The translations under genes and the position numbers were made by a program. From Gammaproteobacteria bacterium (GTDB taxonomy: Bacteria > Pseudomonadota > Gammaproteobacteria > Eutrophobiales > Eutrophobiaceae), in assembly GCA_965243205.1 (NCBI GenBank), contig CBDEUK010000002.1:1472001-1536000 (forward strand): a DNA stretch of 64,000 nucleotides, read 5' to 3'. Shown here in pieces: positions 10,259-20,136 of the stretch (the stretch's first letter is position 1; the number at the start of each line of letters is the position of its first letter). The notes under the pieces were generated by a model, which did not search any database, had not been told where the DNA came from, and saw nothing but the letters and a program-made list of their open reading frames with translations.

Positions 10259-10882
10259 TTAAAGATCGAAAGAAACTTGACCAGTAGATAACTCATGTAT
10301 ACCACCAACTAACATGATCTCATTGTTATCAAGCATTTCTTTAATGATAGTACTGCGCTCACTAATTTCTTTCATAGCTCTCTTTACATTAATGACAGTG
10401 ACTTTCTGCACGAAGTCATCATTTGCAGCACAACGATTATCTTGAACCGTTTCTTCGTCATCTACTGCCGGACGAATTTTGGTTAGCAACGCAGTTAAAT
10501 TACCCATCTCAACATGATCACATGCACCTTTAACAGCGCCGCATTGGGTATGGCCTAATACAACAATAATTTTCGAACCGGCTACCTTACAGGCAAATTC
10601 CATACTACCTAGAATATCCTCATTAATGATGTTTCCAGCGATACGCACACTAAAGATATCACCCAAGCCTTGGTCAAAAATTAACTCCGCAGAAGTTCTT
10701 GAATCAATGCAACTTAAAATTACAGCGAATGGATGTTGACCATCCGATGTTTCATTTGCTTGTTCAAGTAAGTTTCGATTGGCTTTAAGATTGCTGATGA
10801 AACGCTTATTTCCATCTTTCAATAAACTGAAAGCCATATCGGGGGTGATTTTATCCTGCATCTCTTTGGTTAATGTTTTCAT
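10259..10882 (-). CDS. Beta-class carbonic anhydrase
   Basis: CIDSR, RIAGN, HTQCGA zinc-ligand motifs. Confidence 0.93.
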   Translation of the reverse strand: MKTLTKEMQDKITPDMAFSLLKDGNKRFISNLKANRNLLEQANETSDGQHPFAVILSCIDSRTSAELIFDQGLGDIFSVRIAGNIINEDILGSMEFACKVAGSKIIVVLGHTQCGAVKGACDHVEMGNLTALLTKIRPAVDDEETVQDNRCAANDDFVQKVTVINVKRAMKEISERSTIIKEMLDNNEIMLVGGIHELSTGQVSFDL

Positions 10883-11109
10883 TTATGAACGCCTTACCTG
10901 TTAATGTATTCTTTATGCCATTGATTTAATTAAGAAAAAAAGACAACGTTTTTTTCTTATACTCTAAATATTAATTTTTAAACGGCGAATTTTCAATCTA
11001 AATAAGATTAATTGTTTTTAAGAATTGACGGCGAATATGCAAACTTAAATAAGGTGATTATGTTTGCAAGATGCAAGCAAAATTGAAAATTATAGGTAGT
11101 TCTATAAGA

Positions 11110-11262
11110 AACTGATTTAATTGAATCTTACATCCTTGAGACATTCCTTGTTGATTCAATCAAACCACAAAATCGATATATTTCCCAAAACCTATCCTTA
11201 AATGAGCCATCGATATAAGTATTAATTTTATCGGCAATCCACATAAAGTCCTTGATAGTACT
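11110..11262 (-). ncRNA. Candidate CsrB/Rsm-like sRNA (or CsrA-target leader); boundaries approximate
   Basis: Six GGA motifs within 11133-11251 on the minus strand, including ACA-AGGAA-TGT and CAAGGATGT enclosed by a TTGAATC/GATTCAA stem. Confidence 0.45.
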
Positions 11263-11369
11263 TTAGTAGTAATTATGAATTTAGCTCTATCTAAGGAAAA
11301 TTTCCCATAAAAAAACCGAGGACGTATACATGAGTATGCATTTATGAGTTAAAGGAAAATGCTTACGTG

Positions 11370-12032
11370 TTAAGAGTAATTATTATCCGCTAATAATTGT
11401 TGAATGTTACTTTGAGTTTTTTGAACAAACCAACATTGACCATCTTGATCAAAATAATCGCTGGTTAGAAAGATAGAATTATCTAAATATTTTTCTAATC
11501 GAACAGCTGCCATTTTTGTCCATTCTTTCCATTCGACATTTTTGTTATAGAGTAAGTTATATTCTTCTAATAACCTGACACTGGTTTGTTTAAATTCGCT
11601 ATAGTCTGAGGCCAAACCAAATAAGTCACTATTCTTTACAAGCTTATCCTCATTCGAAACACAGGCTGCATCTTGATGGGTACTATTAATCGCTTGCTTC
11701 ACTTGCTCTATAAAAGCCTCTGAAAAATCATGCTGTCGCAATACTTCCTCAGCTAAATACGCAGAATAGGATTCTTTGGTCAGAAAACCTTTGCTTTTAT
11801 TATCTTCCTGATATCCCGCATCGTGAAATAAGATGGCATAAAACACGACGTCCATATCCACGGCAATCTGTTCTTGTTGGCATTTTTCTAACAATTTTTC
11901 TGAAGCAGAAAGCACATCATGGACATGATTAAAATTATGGTAGGGCAAACGAGAATCGTACAATGCTTCTGCAGCATCGATAATCGCTTGTCTGTTTTCG
12001 ACTAGCATGAGATTACTTTTTTGGGGCTCCAT
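11370..12032 (-). CDS. HD-superfamily metal-dependent phosphohydrolase
   Basis: LPYHNFNH...LFHDAGY...T...SDL motifs. Confidence 0.75.
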   Translation of the reverse strand: MEPQKSNLMLVENRQAIIDAAEALYDSRLPYHNFNHVHDVLSASEKLLEKCQQEQIAVDMDVVFYAILFHDAGYQEDNKSKGFLTKESYSAYLAEEVLRQHDFSEAFIEQVKQAINSTHQDAACVSNEDKLVKNSDLFGLASDYSEFKQTSVRLLEEYNLLYNKNVEWKEWTKMAAVRLEKYLDNSIFLTSDYFDQDGQCWFVQKTQSNIQQLLADNNYS

Positions 12033-12121
12033 TAATACTCAATCGGCTATTGAGCTAATTTGTTTAATTGTTTTTGTGATTTAAAGTCCATTTTTGTGAA
12101 TTGTAGCGTAAACTTAGGAAA

Positions 12122-13111
12122 TTAAACAGTTTTTATGATGGACGATTTAAAACTTACCCAAACATTATCCCCAGGATGAAGTGCTAATTCTTTCAATGCT
12201 TTGTGGGTAATAATGCACTGAAATCTCTCTCCTGCATCAATAGTTATCAATATCTGTTCTTGATATTCCTTAACTGAATTAATCTTACCCTCCAATCGAT
12301 TCTGCATGCTTGAGGTAATCAGTTCCTTTGATAAAACAATCTGTTTCGCATCGATAGCGATATGCTGGCCAGCTTCATATTTTTCAGGCAAGTGTAGTTT
12401 AATGTTGCCTGTATCAAAGATTTTTTCGCCTGGAATAATACTCCCTGAAAATAGATTCATTACATTCGAATCTAAGAGATGGCCATCTCTTAGTTGATAA
12501 ACGTCATGTGCCAACACATGGGCTTTCAAAGAATCATGTAGTGAAAAAATAATAGTGCATTTCTGCTGTTTTTTAAGATCCAATAGCCAAGTTTCAAACT
12601 CTTCTCTTGTACGCACATCCAAATGCGTAAACGGTTCATCCAGTATCAACACTTTAGGCTCAGTAATTAATGCACGAGCCCAAACAACTTTTTGCACTTC
12701 GCCACCCGACAATTGTTTGGCATTAGATTCCGCAAGATGACTCAAAGAACATTGTTCGATAATAGCTTGAGCTTTTTGTTTTCTTTCCTTTGAATTAACT
12801 CCTCGCAATTTCAAAGGTAACTCAATATTTTCATGCACACTCATGTTGAAAAGAAATGGCTTCTGTTGCACGTAAGCAATTTTATCTCGAATGGTTTTAT
12901 AATTTTCTTTATTAACTTCAAGATGACTAAAACGAATGCTTCCTTCTTGGATTGGCTGCACCAATGCTAAAAGATTTAACAAAGTCGATTTACCTGCCCC
13001 ATTAGGACCTAAAATGGCATAACTTTTTTTTGCTTCCAAAGAAATGGAAGGAATATCTAAGATCAAACGTTGGTCGTAATGATATCGGATGTTATTTAAT
13101 TGGTATTGCAT
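12122..13111 (-). CDS. tupC: Tungstate ABC transporter ATPase with C-terminal TOBE domain
   Basis: GPNGAGKST, LSGGE, LDEP; SSMQNRLEG...IT..AL.EL.L.PG TOBE. Confidence 0.8.
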   Translation of the reverse strand: MQYQLNNIRYHYDQRLILDIPSISLEAKKSYAILGPNGAGKSTLLNLLALVQPIQEGSIRFSHLEVNKENYKTIRDKIAYVQQKPFLFNMSVHENIELPLKLRGVNSKERKQKAQAIIEQCSLSHLAESNAKQLSGGEVQKVVWARALITEPKVLILDEPFTHLDVRTREEFETWLLDLKKQQKCTIIFSLHDSLKAHVLAHDVYQLRDGHLLDSNVMNLFSGSIIPGEKIFDTGNIKLHLPEKYEAGQHIAIDAKQIVLSKELITSSMQNRLEGKINSVKEYQEQILITIDAGERFQCIITHKALKELALHPGDNVWVSFKSSIIKTV

Positions 13112-13115
13112 CCGT

Positions 13116-13805
13116 TCACACCATTTTTTGGAAACGTTGAAAGATTAAATTCACAATAAAAGCAACGCTCAATAACAATAAACCTAATGCCAAAGCAAAT
13201 TCAAATTCTCCTTTACTAGTCTCAAGTGCAATCGCTGTTGTCATAGTGCGTGTAAAGCCTTGGATATTACCACCCAACATCATAGCAATTCCGACTTCAC
13301 CAATGGCTCGACCGAACGCAGCAATAATCGCAGCCATTAAACCAAATCGTAATTCACGAATCATTAACCAGGTTTGTTGAGTTTGAGTAGCACCTAAAGC
13401 TTTGCAAGTTTGATTTAATCTAGGATCGGCCGAAGATAAAGCGGCAATAGTTAAGTTAATCACAATAGGAGAAATTAAAACCCATTGACCAATGATCATA
13501 GCGCTTGGCGTAAACAACAAACCGTATTCGCCTAAAGGCCCTTGTCGAGTGAATAAGCCATACAAAAACAAACCGACCAATACCGTTGGCAATGACATTA
13601 AGGTATTTAAGGTTTGTAGAATAAATTGTTTGCCAACAAATTGATTAAAGCTAATGGCGAAAGCGATAGGAATACACGTTACTGTAGCTAAGAAAATTGC
13701 AACTAAGGAAATTTTTAATGAGATCCAAACAATGGAATAAATTTCTTTATCAAAACTAACTATGAGTCTAAAAGCTTCAGTGAATGCTTCAGTAAAATAT
13801 TCCAT
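13116..13805 (-). CDS. tupB: Tungstate ABC transporter permease
   Basis: FGRAIGEVG.AMMLGGNI.GFTRTMTTAIALETSKGEF signature. Confidence 0.9.
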   Translation of the reverse strand: MEYFTEAFTEAFRLIVSFDKEIYSIVWISLKISLVAIFLATVTCIPIAFAISFNQFVGKQFILQTLNTLMSLPTVLVGLFLYGLFTRQGPLGEYGLLFTPSAMIIGQWVLISPIVINLTIAALSSADPRLNQTCKALGATQTQQTWLMIRELRFGLMAAIIAAFGRAIGEVGIAMMLGGNIQGFTRTMTTAIALETSKGEFEFALALGLLLLSVAFIVNLIFQRFQKMV

Positions 13806-13815
13806 GTTTATAAGG

Positions 13816-14631
13816 TTATTTGATCACATCTGGGTGAAATAATTGTTCGCCATTCACTTTATATTCACGAATCAAATTCTGACCTTGTTCACTTTGTAAA
13901 AAATTGACATAGGCTTGAGCTAAGTCTTTTTTGATATGCGAATGTCGTTCTGGATTTACCATAATAAAATGATATGGATTAAATAAAATAGGATCGCCTG
14001 CATAGGCAATGACTAAATCAATTTTATCTTTATAGGCTAAATAGGTTCCTCTATCCGCAAGTGTATAAGCTAATTTATCATTGGCCATCGTTATCACTGC
14101 CCCCATACCTTGACCTGCAGCGATATACCATTTTCCTGCGGGTTCTATTTTCGCAGACTTCCATAACGATAACTCTTTTTTATGTGTGCCTGAATCATCG
14201 CCACGAGAAATAAATTCTGCTTGATTCTTTGCAATTAACTCTAAGGCAGCCTTGCCATTTTCCGCTTGCTTTAATCCTGCTGGATCGTTATTTGAACCTA
14301 AGATCACAAAATCGTTATGCATGATTGGTAAACGTTCAACACCATAACCTTCAGCGACAAATTTTTTCTCTGCGCTTGGTGCATGCACTAATACGGCATC
14401 GACATCACCTTTTTCACCAAGCCTCAAAGCTTTACCTGTTCCAACTGCTATCACATCCACTTTTACATTATGTTGTTTTTCAAAGATCGGATTTAACACA
14501 TCCATCAAACCAGAGTTTTGAGTACTGGTAGTTGTCGCAAGTCTTAATCGTTCTTCTGCATGAGCAAAATGAGTTAACGATAAACAACATAATAAAAACC
14601 ATAAACGCATCATTTTAAAAACCTCGAACAA
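13816..14631 (-). CDS. tupA: Tungstate ABC transporter substrate-binding protein (start may be a few codons downstream)
   Basis: ATTTSTQNSGL, GTGKAL, LVHAP, SRGDDSGTH signatures. Confidence 0.92.
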   Translation of the reverse strand: MFEVFKMMRLWFLLCCLSLTHFAHAEERLRLATTTSTQNSGLMDVLNPIFEKQHNVKVDVIAVGTGKALRLGEKGDVDAVLVHAPSAEKKFVAEGYGVERLPIMHNDFVILGSNNDPAGLKQAENGKAALELIAKNQAEFISRGDDSGTHKKELSLWKSAKIEPAGKWYIAAGQGMGAVITMANDKLAYTLADRGTYLAYKDKIDLVIAYAGDPILFNPYHFIMVNPERHSHIKKDLAQAYVNFLQSEQGQNLIREYKVNGEQLFHPDVIK

Positions 14632-16008
14632 TTAAAATTTAAAACTGGCTTGAAGATAACCATAACTACTGTCGTCCTTATTAGCATCATCCATCACATC
14701 ACCTGCAAATAAATGTAACAAGCCAGCTTCTAAACGTAAATTACCCGGCAAGACATCCCAACGTACACGTCCTTCGATTTGTGTACCGATATAACTATTA
14801 TCATCACTAGGCGTAATCCTCCCAGTTGTCCATGCATCATCCGCGGAAGCTAGCCAAAAACCTCTTAATGCAACAAAACTCGTTACATGCGTTGCAGGTT
14901 TGAGTTTTAAACGCAAGCCAGGTGTACTTAAATTGGATCTAGCAAAAGCTCCATAAAGACTGGTTGGACCAAAATCAAAACGTCGCGCACCAAACAAAGT
15001 TTGGAAACGATTGTTCTCGCCATCGTTTGGATCATCATCGCCACTTGCGTAATCGTATTGAAATAATAACTGTGGTGACCAAGCAGCGTTAAATGTATAA
15101 CCGATTTCAACATGTTGAAAATGTGCTTGATGATCTAAATCTGTATTGGATGAAGTTGAACTACGCGAATCACCAAACTGCAACATCGACTCCACTTGAA
15201 AATCAAATTGACTGGTTTTAGGTTTGCGAAACACTCTAAAGCCTGCTGTATAAATATCTCGATCCGCAGTCGCTCTGCTAGGGGTATCATTCTCTTGTAA
15301 GCTCATAAAATATACTTCGGCATGATCACGCTCATTGCCCCAAGGCAATGATGCTGGTTTGAAATACACACCCCAAAAAGATACTTCTTCATCTTGTTTA
15401 TCAAACGCAGCTTGATTATCAATCGCATTGCCATCAAATAAACGTTGCACAGGTAAAGTATAAAACGCACGAAATTGATGTTTACTCGCACCCGTCCATT
15501 GCCAATCCACACCAGTAAATGCATTGATGGTATTGCGGTAACGATTACGCGCTACCAATCGACGACTGCCAACATCCATTGTGAATCGACCTAAGCGCAA
15601 TTTGCTTTGGCCATTCGTTACAAACAGATTATTCATTGGAATTTGTATATGGGCTTGCAATAAATCTGTTGGATTCACTATGGTCGTGTTTAAGGTGGTA
15701 CCTGAATCAGCCAACTCCGCTCTCGAATCGATCATTTCCCCTACAAACGCTGCAGCACCCAACTGGATTTCGCCTTTTACCAAAGTACGAAATACCAGTG
15801 CTTGATCGCCTCCATTGCCTGAACCACGATATTGTTCATCCAAATTTTCAAAGCGGCTGCGATGTTCTCCACTCAGGGAAAACCATTCTGGTAAACCGGC
15901 CGCCTCATTCAAGCGCCAAGCTTCAGCTTGTACAAACGTACAAGTCATAAACATTAAAAATACAGAAACACGCTCAACAATCTTTTTATATGTATCAATT
16001 TGCATCAA
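14632..16008 (-). CDS. Alginate-export (AlgE-like) family outer-membrane beta-barrel
   Basis: Signal peptide, GSRRLVARNRYRNTINAFTG, YASGD, C-terminal Phe. Confidence 0.8.
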   Translation of the reverse strand: MMQIDTYKKIVERVSVFLMFMTCTFVQAEAWRLNEAAGLPEWFSLSGEHRSRFENLDEQYRGSGNGGDQALVFRTLVKGEIQLGAAAFVGEMIDSRAELADSGTTLNTTIVNPTDLLQAHIQIPMNNLFVTNGQSKLRLGRFTMDVGSRRLVARNRYRNTINAFTGVDWQWTGASKHQFRAFYTLPVQRLFDGNAIDNQAAFDKQDEEVSFWGVYFKPASLPWGNERDHAEVYFMSLQENDTPSRATADRDIYTAGFRVFRKPKTSQFDFQVESMLQFGDSRSSTSSNTDLDHQAHFQHVEIGYTFNAAWSPQLLFQYDYASGDDDPNDGENNRFQTLFGARRFDFGPTSLYGAFARSNLSTPGLRLKLKPATHVTSFVALRGFWLASADDAWTTGRITPSDDNSYIGTQIEGRVRWDVLPGNLRLEAGLLHLFAGDVMDDANKDDSSYGYLQASFKF

Positions 16009-16082
16009 TTACTACTTCCAAACCACATTAAATACTAAAATAATAAGGTTTGGAGATAATAAGGTTTTTCCAAAATATTTAA

Positions 16083-16102
16083 ATATGTTCTATATTGCAT
16101 AT
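16083..16102. promoter_or_regulatory. Putative operator of the ModE/LysR-like regulator
   Basis: ATATG-N10-CATAT palindrome between the divergent porin-tupABC operon and the regulator. Confidence 0.45.
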
Positions 16103-16106
16103 ATAA

Positions 16107-17165
16107 ATGAAAATTCAACTGCAAACACGTTGGCAAACCTCCGATCCGAATTACCCTGAGATCGAACCGTTATTATTCAAACTGCTTGAAATGATGGGTG
16201 ACAACATTTCTCTGCGCCAAGCTGCAACAACTGAAAGCGTTTCCTATCGCCACGCCTGGGGGATTATTAAAAAATGGGAAAAAGCCTTTCATCAAGCCTT
16301 GGTAAAAACTCGCCGTGGCCGTTCAGGCAATAATGAATTAACCGAATTTGGGCTAAAATTATTAAAGCAGTATCAAACGACAACGCAACAACACGCTGCC
16401 GCTTTGTCACAAGACTCTGCTCGAATTAATCAAGCACTTCAGATAGAAAACGTAAAACATATTCGTTTCTTCGCGAGTCATGATCTTGCCGTCACACAAT
16501 TATCCGAATCACTTAAAGATGAATATAAAGATCAATTAATAATCCAAACTCATGGCAGCCTCGATGCAATAAAACTATTTGCTCAAAAACAATGTGACGT
16601 GATCGGTTTTCATTATCCATTAAACCCAGAATTTTCTGATCTCATTCAGGAATATAAAAATCATTTAAAAAACACCGACTGCGTTTTTATAAAACTCGCC
16701 GTACGTACTCAAGGATTAATCATAGCTAAAAACAATCCAAAAAAAATTCAATCCATTAATGATCTAAGTAAACGCTCAGTTAGATTCATAAACCGACAAC
16801 CTGACTCAGGCACACGAATTTTTTTAGATGCTTTATTCAAACAACAAAATATCCCAACTAAATCCATCAATGGATACCAACAAGAAGAGTTTACACACCT
16901 AGCTGTCGCAGCAATGATTGCAAGTGGCGTTGCGGATGTTGGAATGGGCATTGAAGCTGCCGCGAAACAATTTAATTTAGGTTTTATTCCGCTCATTCAA
17001 GAACAATATGTTATTGCATTTCAAAATACTCTATCTAAAAAAATACTCACTACATTTGAAAACACATTGAAGTCAAAACCTTTTCTTGAATATCTTAAAT
17101 CCTTAAAAGGTTATGAAACAAAAAACTGTGGTAAAAAACTGAATAAAGCTATTCTACTCAAATAA
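16107..17165 (+). CDS. ModE-type HTH + PBP-like (molybdate/tungstate-sensing) transcriptional regulator
   Basis: SLRQAA...SYRHAWG HTH; ASHD, GSLDA, FINRQPDSGTR, EEFTHLAVAA. Confidence 0.82.
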   Translation: MKIQLQTRWQTSDPNYPEIEPLLFKLLEMMGDNISLRQAATTESVSYRHAWGIIKKWEKAFHQALVKTRRGRSGNNELTEFGLKLLKQYQTTTQQHAAALSQDSARINQALQIENVKHIRFFASHDLAVTQLSESLKDEYKDQLIIQTHGSLDAIKLFAQKQCDVIGFHYPLNPEFSDLIQEYKNHLKNTDCVFIKLAVRTQGLIIAKNNPKKIQSINDLSKRSVRFINRQPDSGTRIFLDALFKQQNIPTKSINGYQQEEFTHLAVAAMIASGVADVGMGIEAAAKQFNLGFIPLIQEQYVIAFQNTLSKKILTTFENTLKSKPFLEYLKSLKGYETKNCGKKLNKAILLK

Positions 17166-17325
17166 TTATATATGCATAGATTGTTTGCTTTAGACCATTA
17201 CTCTTTACTTTCTTCAAAAACACTAATTTTCACTCGTAATTGCTGGAATTTTCGCCAAATAACGTGTAATTTACCCGGCCTTTTACTATTCTCAAATATT
17301 ATAAATACGGCGAAAAACGAACAAC

Positions 17326-18687
17326 GTGAGCAAAAAATTATTCATTAAAACCTTCGGTTGTCAGATGAACGAATACGATTCTGACAAAATGCGCGATGTG
17401 CTGGGTGAAACCGAGCAAATGGTGGAAACCGATACGCCTGAGGACGCTGACGTTATTCTAGTGAATACCTGCTCAATCCGTGAAAAAGCCCAGGAGAAGC
17501 TATTTTCAGAACTTGGGCGCTGGCGTCATTTAAAAGAGGCTAAGCCAGATTTAAAGATTGGTGTAGGTGGCTGTGTTGCAAGCCAAGAGGGTGAATTAAT
17601 CTGGCAACGTGCACCGTATGTCGATGTGATTTTTGGCCCACAAACCCTGCATCGCCTACCTGAAATGCTGAAGAAATCGGATGATAAGCCTGTTGCCGAT
17701 ATCAGCTTTCCTGAAATAGAAAAATTTGATCGCCTGCCAGAACCCAAAGCTGAAGGACCGAGCGCCTTTTTATCGATTATGGAAGGCTGTAGTAAGTACT
17801 GTACCTTCTGTGTTGTACCTTACACGCGTGGCGAAGAAATCAGCCGACCATTTGATGATGTATTGACCGAAGCTGCTCAATTAGCAGAACAAGGTGTAAG
17901 AGAAATTAATTTACTCGGCCAAAATGTAAATGCCTATCGTGGGGAAATGCATACGGGTGAGATTGCTGATTTAGCGATGTTGATCGAATACATTGCTGCG
18001 ATTGAAGGTATCGATCGCATTCGTTACACCACTTCGCATCCTGTGGAGTTTTCCGATAGCTTGATTGAAGTGTATGGGCGTGTACCTGAACTAGTCGATC
18101 ACTTACACCTTCCAGTACAAAGTGGTTCTGATCGTATTTTAGCCTTAATGAAACGTGGACATACCCGTTTGGAATACAAAGCGAAGATTCGTCGTTTAAA
18201 AGAGATTCGCCCTAACCTTTCCATGTCTTCAGACTTTATCATTGGCTTTCCAGGTGAAACCGATAAAGATTTTCAAGATACAATGAACCTGATTGCAGAC
18301 ATTGGTTACGACCAATGTTTTAGTTTTATTTACAGTCAACGTCCTGGAACACCTGCTGCTAATTTGCCAGATGATGTGGCAATGGAAGTGAAGAAAGAAA
18401 GACTACAAATTTTACAAAACCGCATTAATCAAATGGCCTATGAAATCAGTCAAAATATGATTGGTACTGTACAAAACATATTGGTTGATGGTGTTTCGAA
18501 AAAAGATCCCAATCAAATTCGTGGCCGCACCGAAAACAATCGCATTGTAAATTTTACTGGGCCAGAAGAGTTAATTGGTGATTTTGCCCAAGTCAAAATT
18601 ACTGAAGCCTTACCAAATTCATTACGTGGTGAATTATTATCACCAAATGATCTCAATCAAGATAAACCGCAATACGCTGTTAATTAA
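17326..18687 (+). CDS. miaB: tRNA-2-methylthio-N6-dimethylallyladenosine synthase
   Basis: [28 protein letters not shown] radical-SAM motif, TRAM domain. Confidence 0.97.
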   Translation: MSKKLFIKTFGCQMNEYDSDKMRDVLGETEQMVETDTPEDADVILVNTCSIREKAQEKLFSELGRWRHLKEAKPDLKIGVGGCVASQEGELIWQRAPYVDVIFGPQTLHRLPEMLKKSDDKPVADISFPEIEKFDRLPEPKAEGPSAFLSIMEGCSKYCTFCVVPYTRGEEISRPFDDVLTEAAQLAEQGVREINLLGQNVNAYRGEMHTGEIADLAMLIEYIAAIEGIDRIRYTTSHPVEFSDSLIEVYGRVPELVDHLHLPVQSGSDRILALMKRGHTRLEYKAKIRRLKEIRPNLSMSSDFIIGFPGETDKDFQDTMNLIADIGYDQCFSFIYSQRPGTPAANLPDDVAMEVKKERLQILQNRINQMAYEISQNMIGTVQNILVDGVSKKDPNQIRGRTENNRIVNFTGPEELIGDFAQVKITEALPNSLRGELLSPNDLNQDKPQYAVN

Positions 18688-18714
18688 TTTTCTATATCGA
18701 TAATAAAATCTGTT

Positions 18715-19689
18715 TTGCACACTTCTAATTTACAACTATTACCCGCTGATAATGAACGCTTAGCCAACCTTTGTGGTGCTTTGGATTCACACCTACGCCA
18801 GATCGAATTGGGTTTGGGCATCGAAGTAAAAAACCGTGGTAATGAATTTCAAATCACTGGTCCACTAGAAACAGTCGTTGTAGCCGAAAACTTAATTAAT
18901 GCTATGTATGAAAGTACTGAGCAAGAAGCCCTGACTCCTGCTCAAGTACATTTGTTTTTACAAGAAGCAGGGATAGAAGATGTTTTAAAAGATGACCCTA
19001 TCAACGATGTTTCAGTAAAAACTCGTCGCAATGTGATCCGAGGTCGTAGCCCAAATCAAAAACGTTATCTTTATAACATTTTAAATAACGATATTAATTT
19101 TGGTATTGGCCCAGCTGGTACTGGTAAAACCTATTTAGCCGTTGCTTGTGCTGTCGCGGCATTAGAATCCGATAAAGTCAGACGCTTAGTGTTAGTCAGA
19201 CCTGCTGTTGAAGCTGGAGAGAAATTAGGATTTTTACCAGGTGATTTAGTACAAAAAGTCGACCCATATTTACGACCTTTGTACGATGCTTTATATGAAA
19301 TGTTAGGTTTTGAACGCGTCGCCAAATTGATAGAACGTAATGTGATTGAAATTGCACCCTTGGCTTTTATGCGTGGACGAACCCTAAATGAATCATTCAT
19401 TATTTTGGACGAAGCACAAAACACCACGACCGAACAAATGAAGATGTTTTTAACACGTATCGGTTTTGGTTCAACGGCCGTTGTCACTGGCGATGTTACA
19501 CAGATTGATTTACCAAGAGCCAAAGATTCAGGTTTAAAGCATGTATTAAATGTTTTGGATCATGAAGATGGCATTAGCTTTTCGTTTTTTAAATCTGTCG
19601 ATGTGGTAAGACATCCCCTAGTTGCTAGAATCCTCAATGCTTATGAAAAACATGAGAATTCTAAAAAACACTCACAAGATGACGCCTGA
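18715..19689 (+). CDS. ybeZ: PhoH-family protein
   Basis: GPAGTGKTYLA, RPAVEAGE.LGFLPG, MRGRT, DEAQN. Confidence 0.95.
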   Translation: MHTSNLQLLPADNERLANLCGALDSHLRQIELGLGIEVKNRGNEFQITGPLETVVVAENLINAMYESTEQEALTPAQVHLFLQEAGIEDVLKDDPINDVSVKTRRNVIRGRSPNQKRYLYNILNNDINFGIGPAGTGKTYLAVACAVAALESDKVRRLVLVRPAVEAGEKLGFLPGDLVQKVDPYLRPLYDALYEMLGFERVAKLIERNVIEIAPLAFMRGRTLNESFIILDEAQNTTTEQMKMFLTRIGFGSTAVVTGDVTQIDLPRAKDSGLKHVLNVLDHEDGISFSFFKSVDVVRHPLVARILNAYEKHENSKKHSQDDA

Positions 19690-20131
19690 AGTAACCGTTC
19701 AATCCATTACCGAGAGTAATGGTATTCCATCAGATCAAAAATTAACTCAATGGTGTCACGCAGTGATTCATGATCTTAATGAATCAAAAGAACTCACCAT
19801 TCGTATCGTAGATGAGCATGAAAGTGCAGAATTAAATGAAGCGTGGCGAAATAAAACAGGCCCGACCAATGTACTATCGTTTCCCTTTGATGATGATTTT
19901 GAACATACGAAAATATTAGGTGATCTAGTGATCTGTGCATCCATATTAGAAAAGGAAGCAAAACAGCAAAATAAGCCATTGGAAGCACATTGGGCGCACA
20001 TAATTATTCATGGAAGCTTGCATTTATTAGGCTATGATCATATTAATAGTACTGATGCAGAGATTATGGAATCGAAGGAACAGCAAATAATGGCCGATTT
20101 AGGCTTTAAAAACCCTTATCAACTACCCTAG
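19679..20131 (+). CDS. ybeY: rRNA maturation RNase YbeY
   Basis: TNVLSFP, HGSLHLLGYDH; start moved to ATG at 19679. Confidence 0.93.
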   Translation: MTPEVTVQSITESNGIPSDQKLTQWCHAVIHDLNESKELTIRIVDEHESAELNEAWRNKTGPTNVLSFPFDDDFEHTKILGDLVICASILEKEAKQQNKPLEAHWAHIIIHGSLHLLGYDHINSTDAEIMESKEQQIMADLGFKNPYQLP

Positions 20132-20136
20132 CTACA

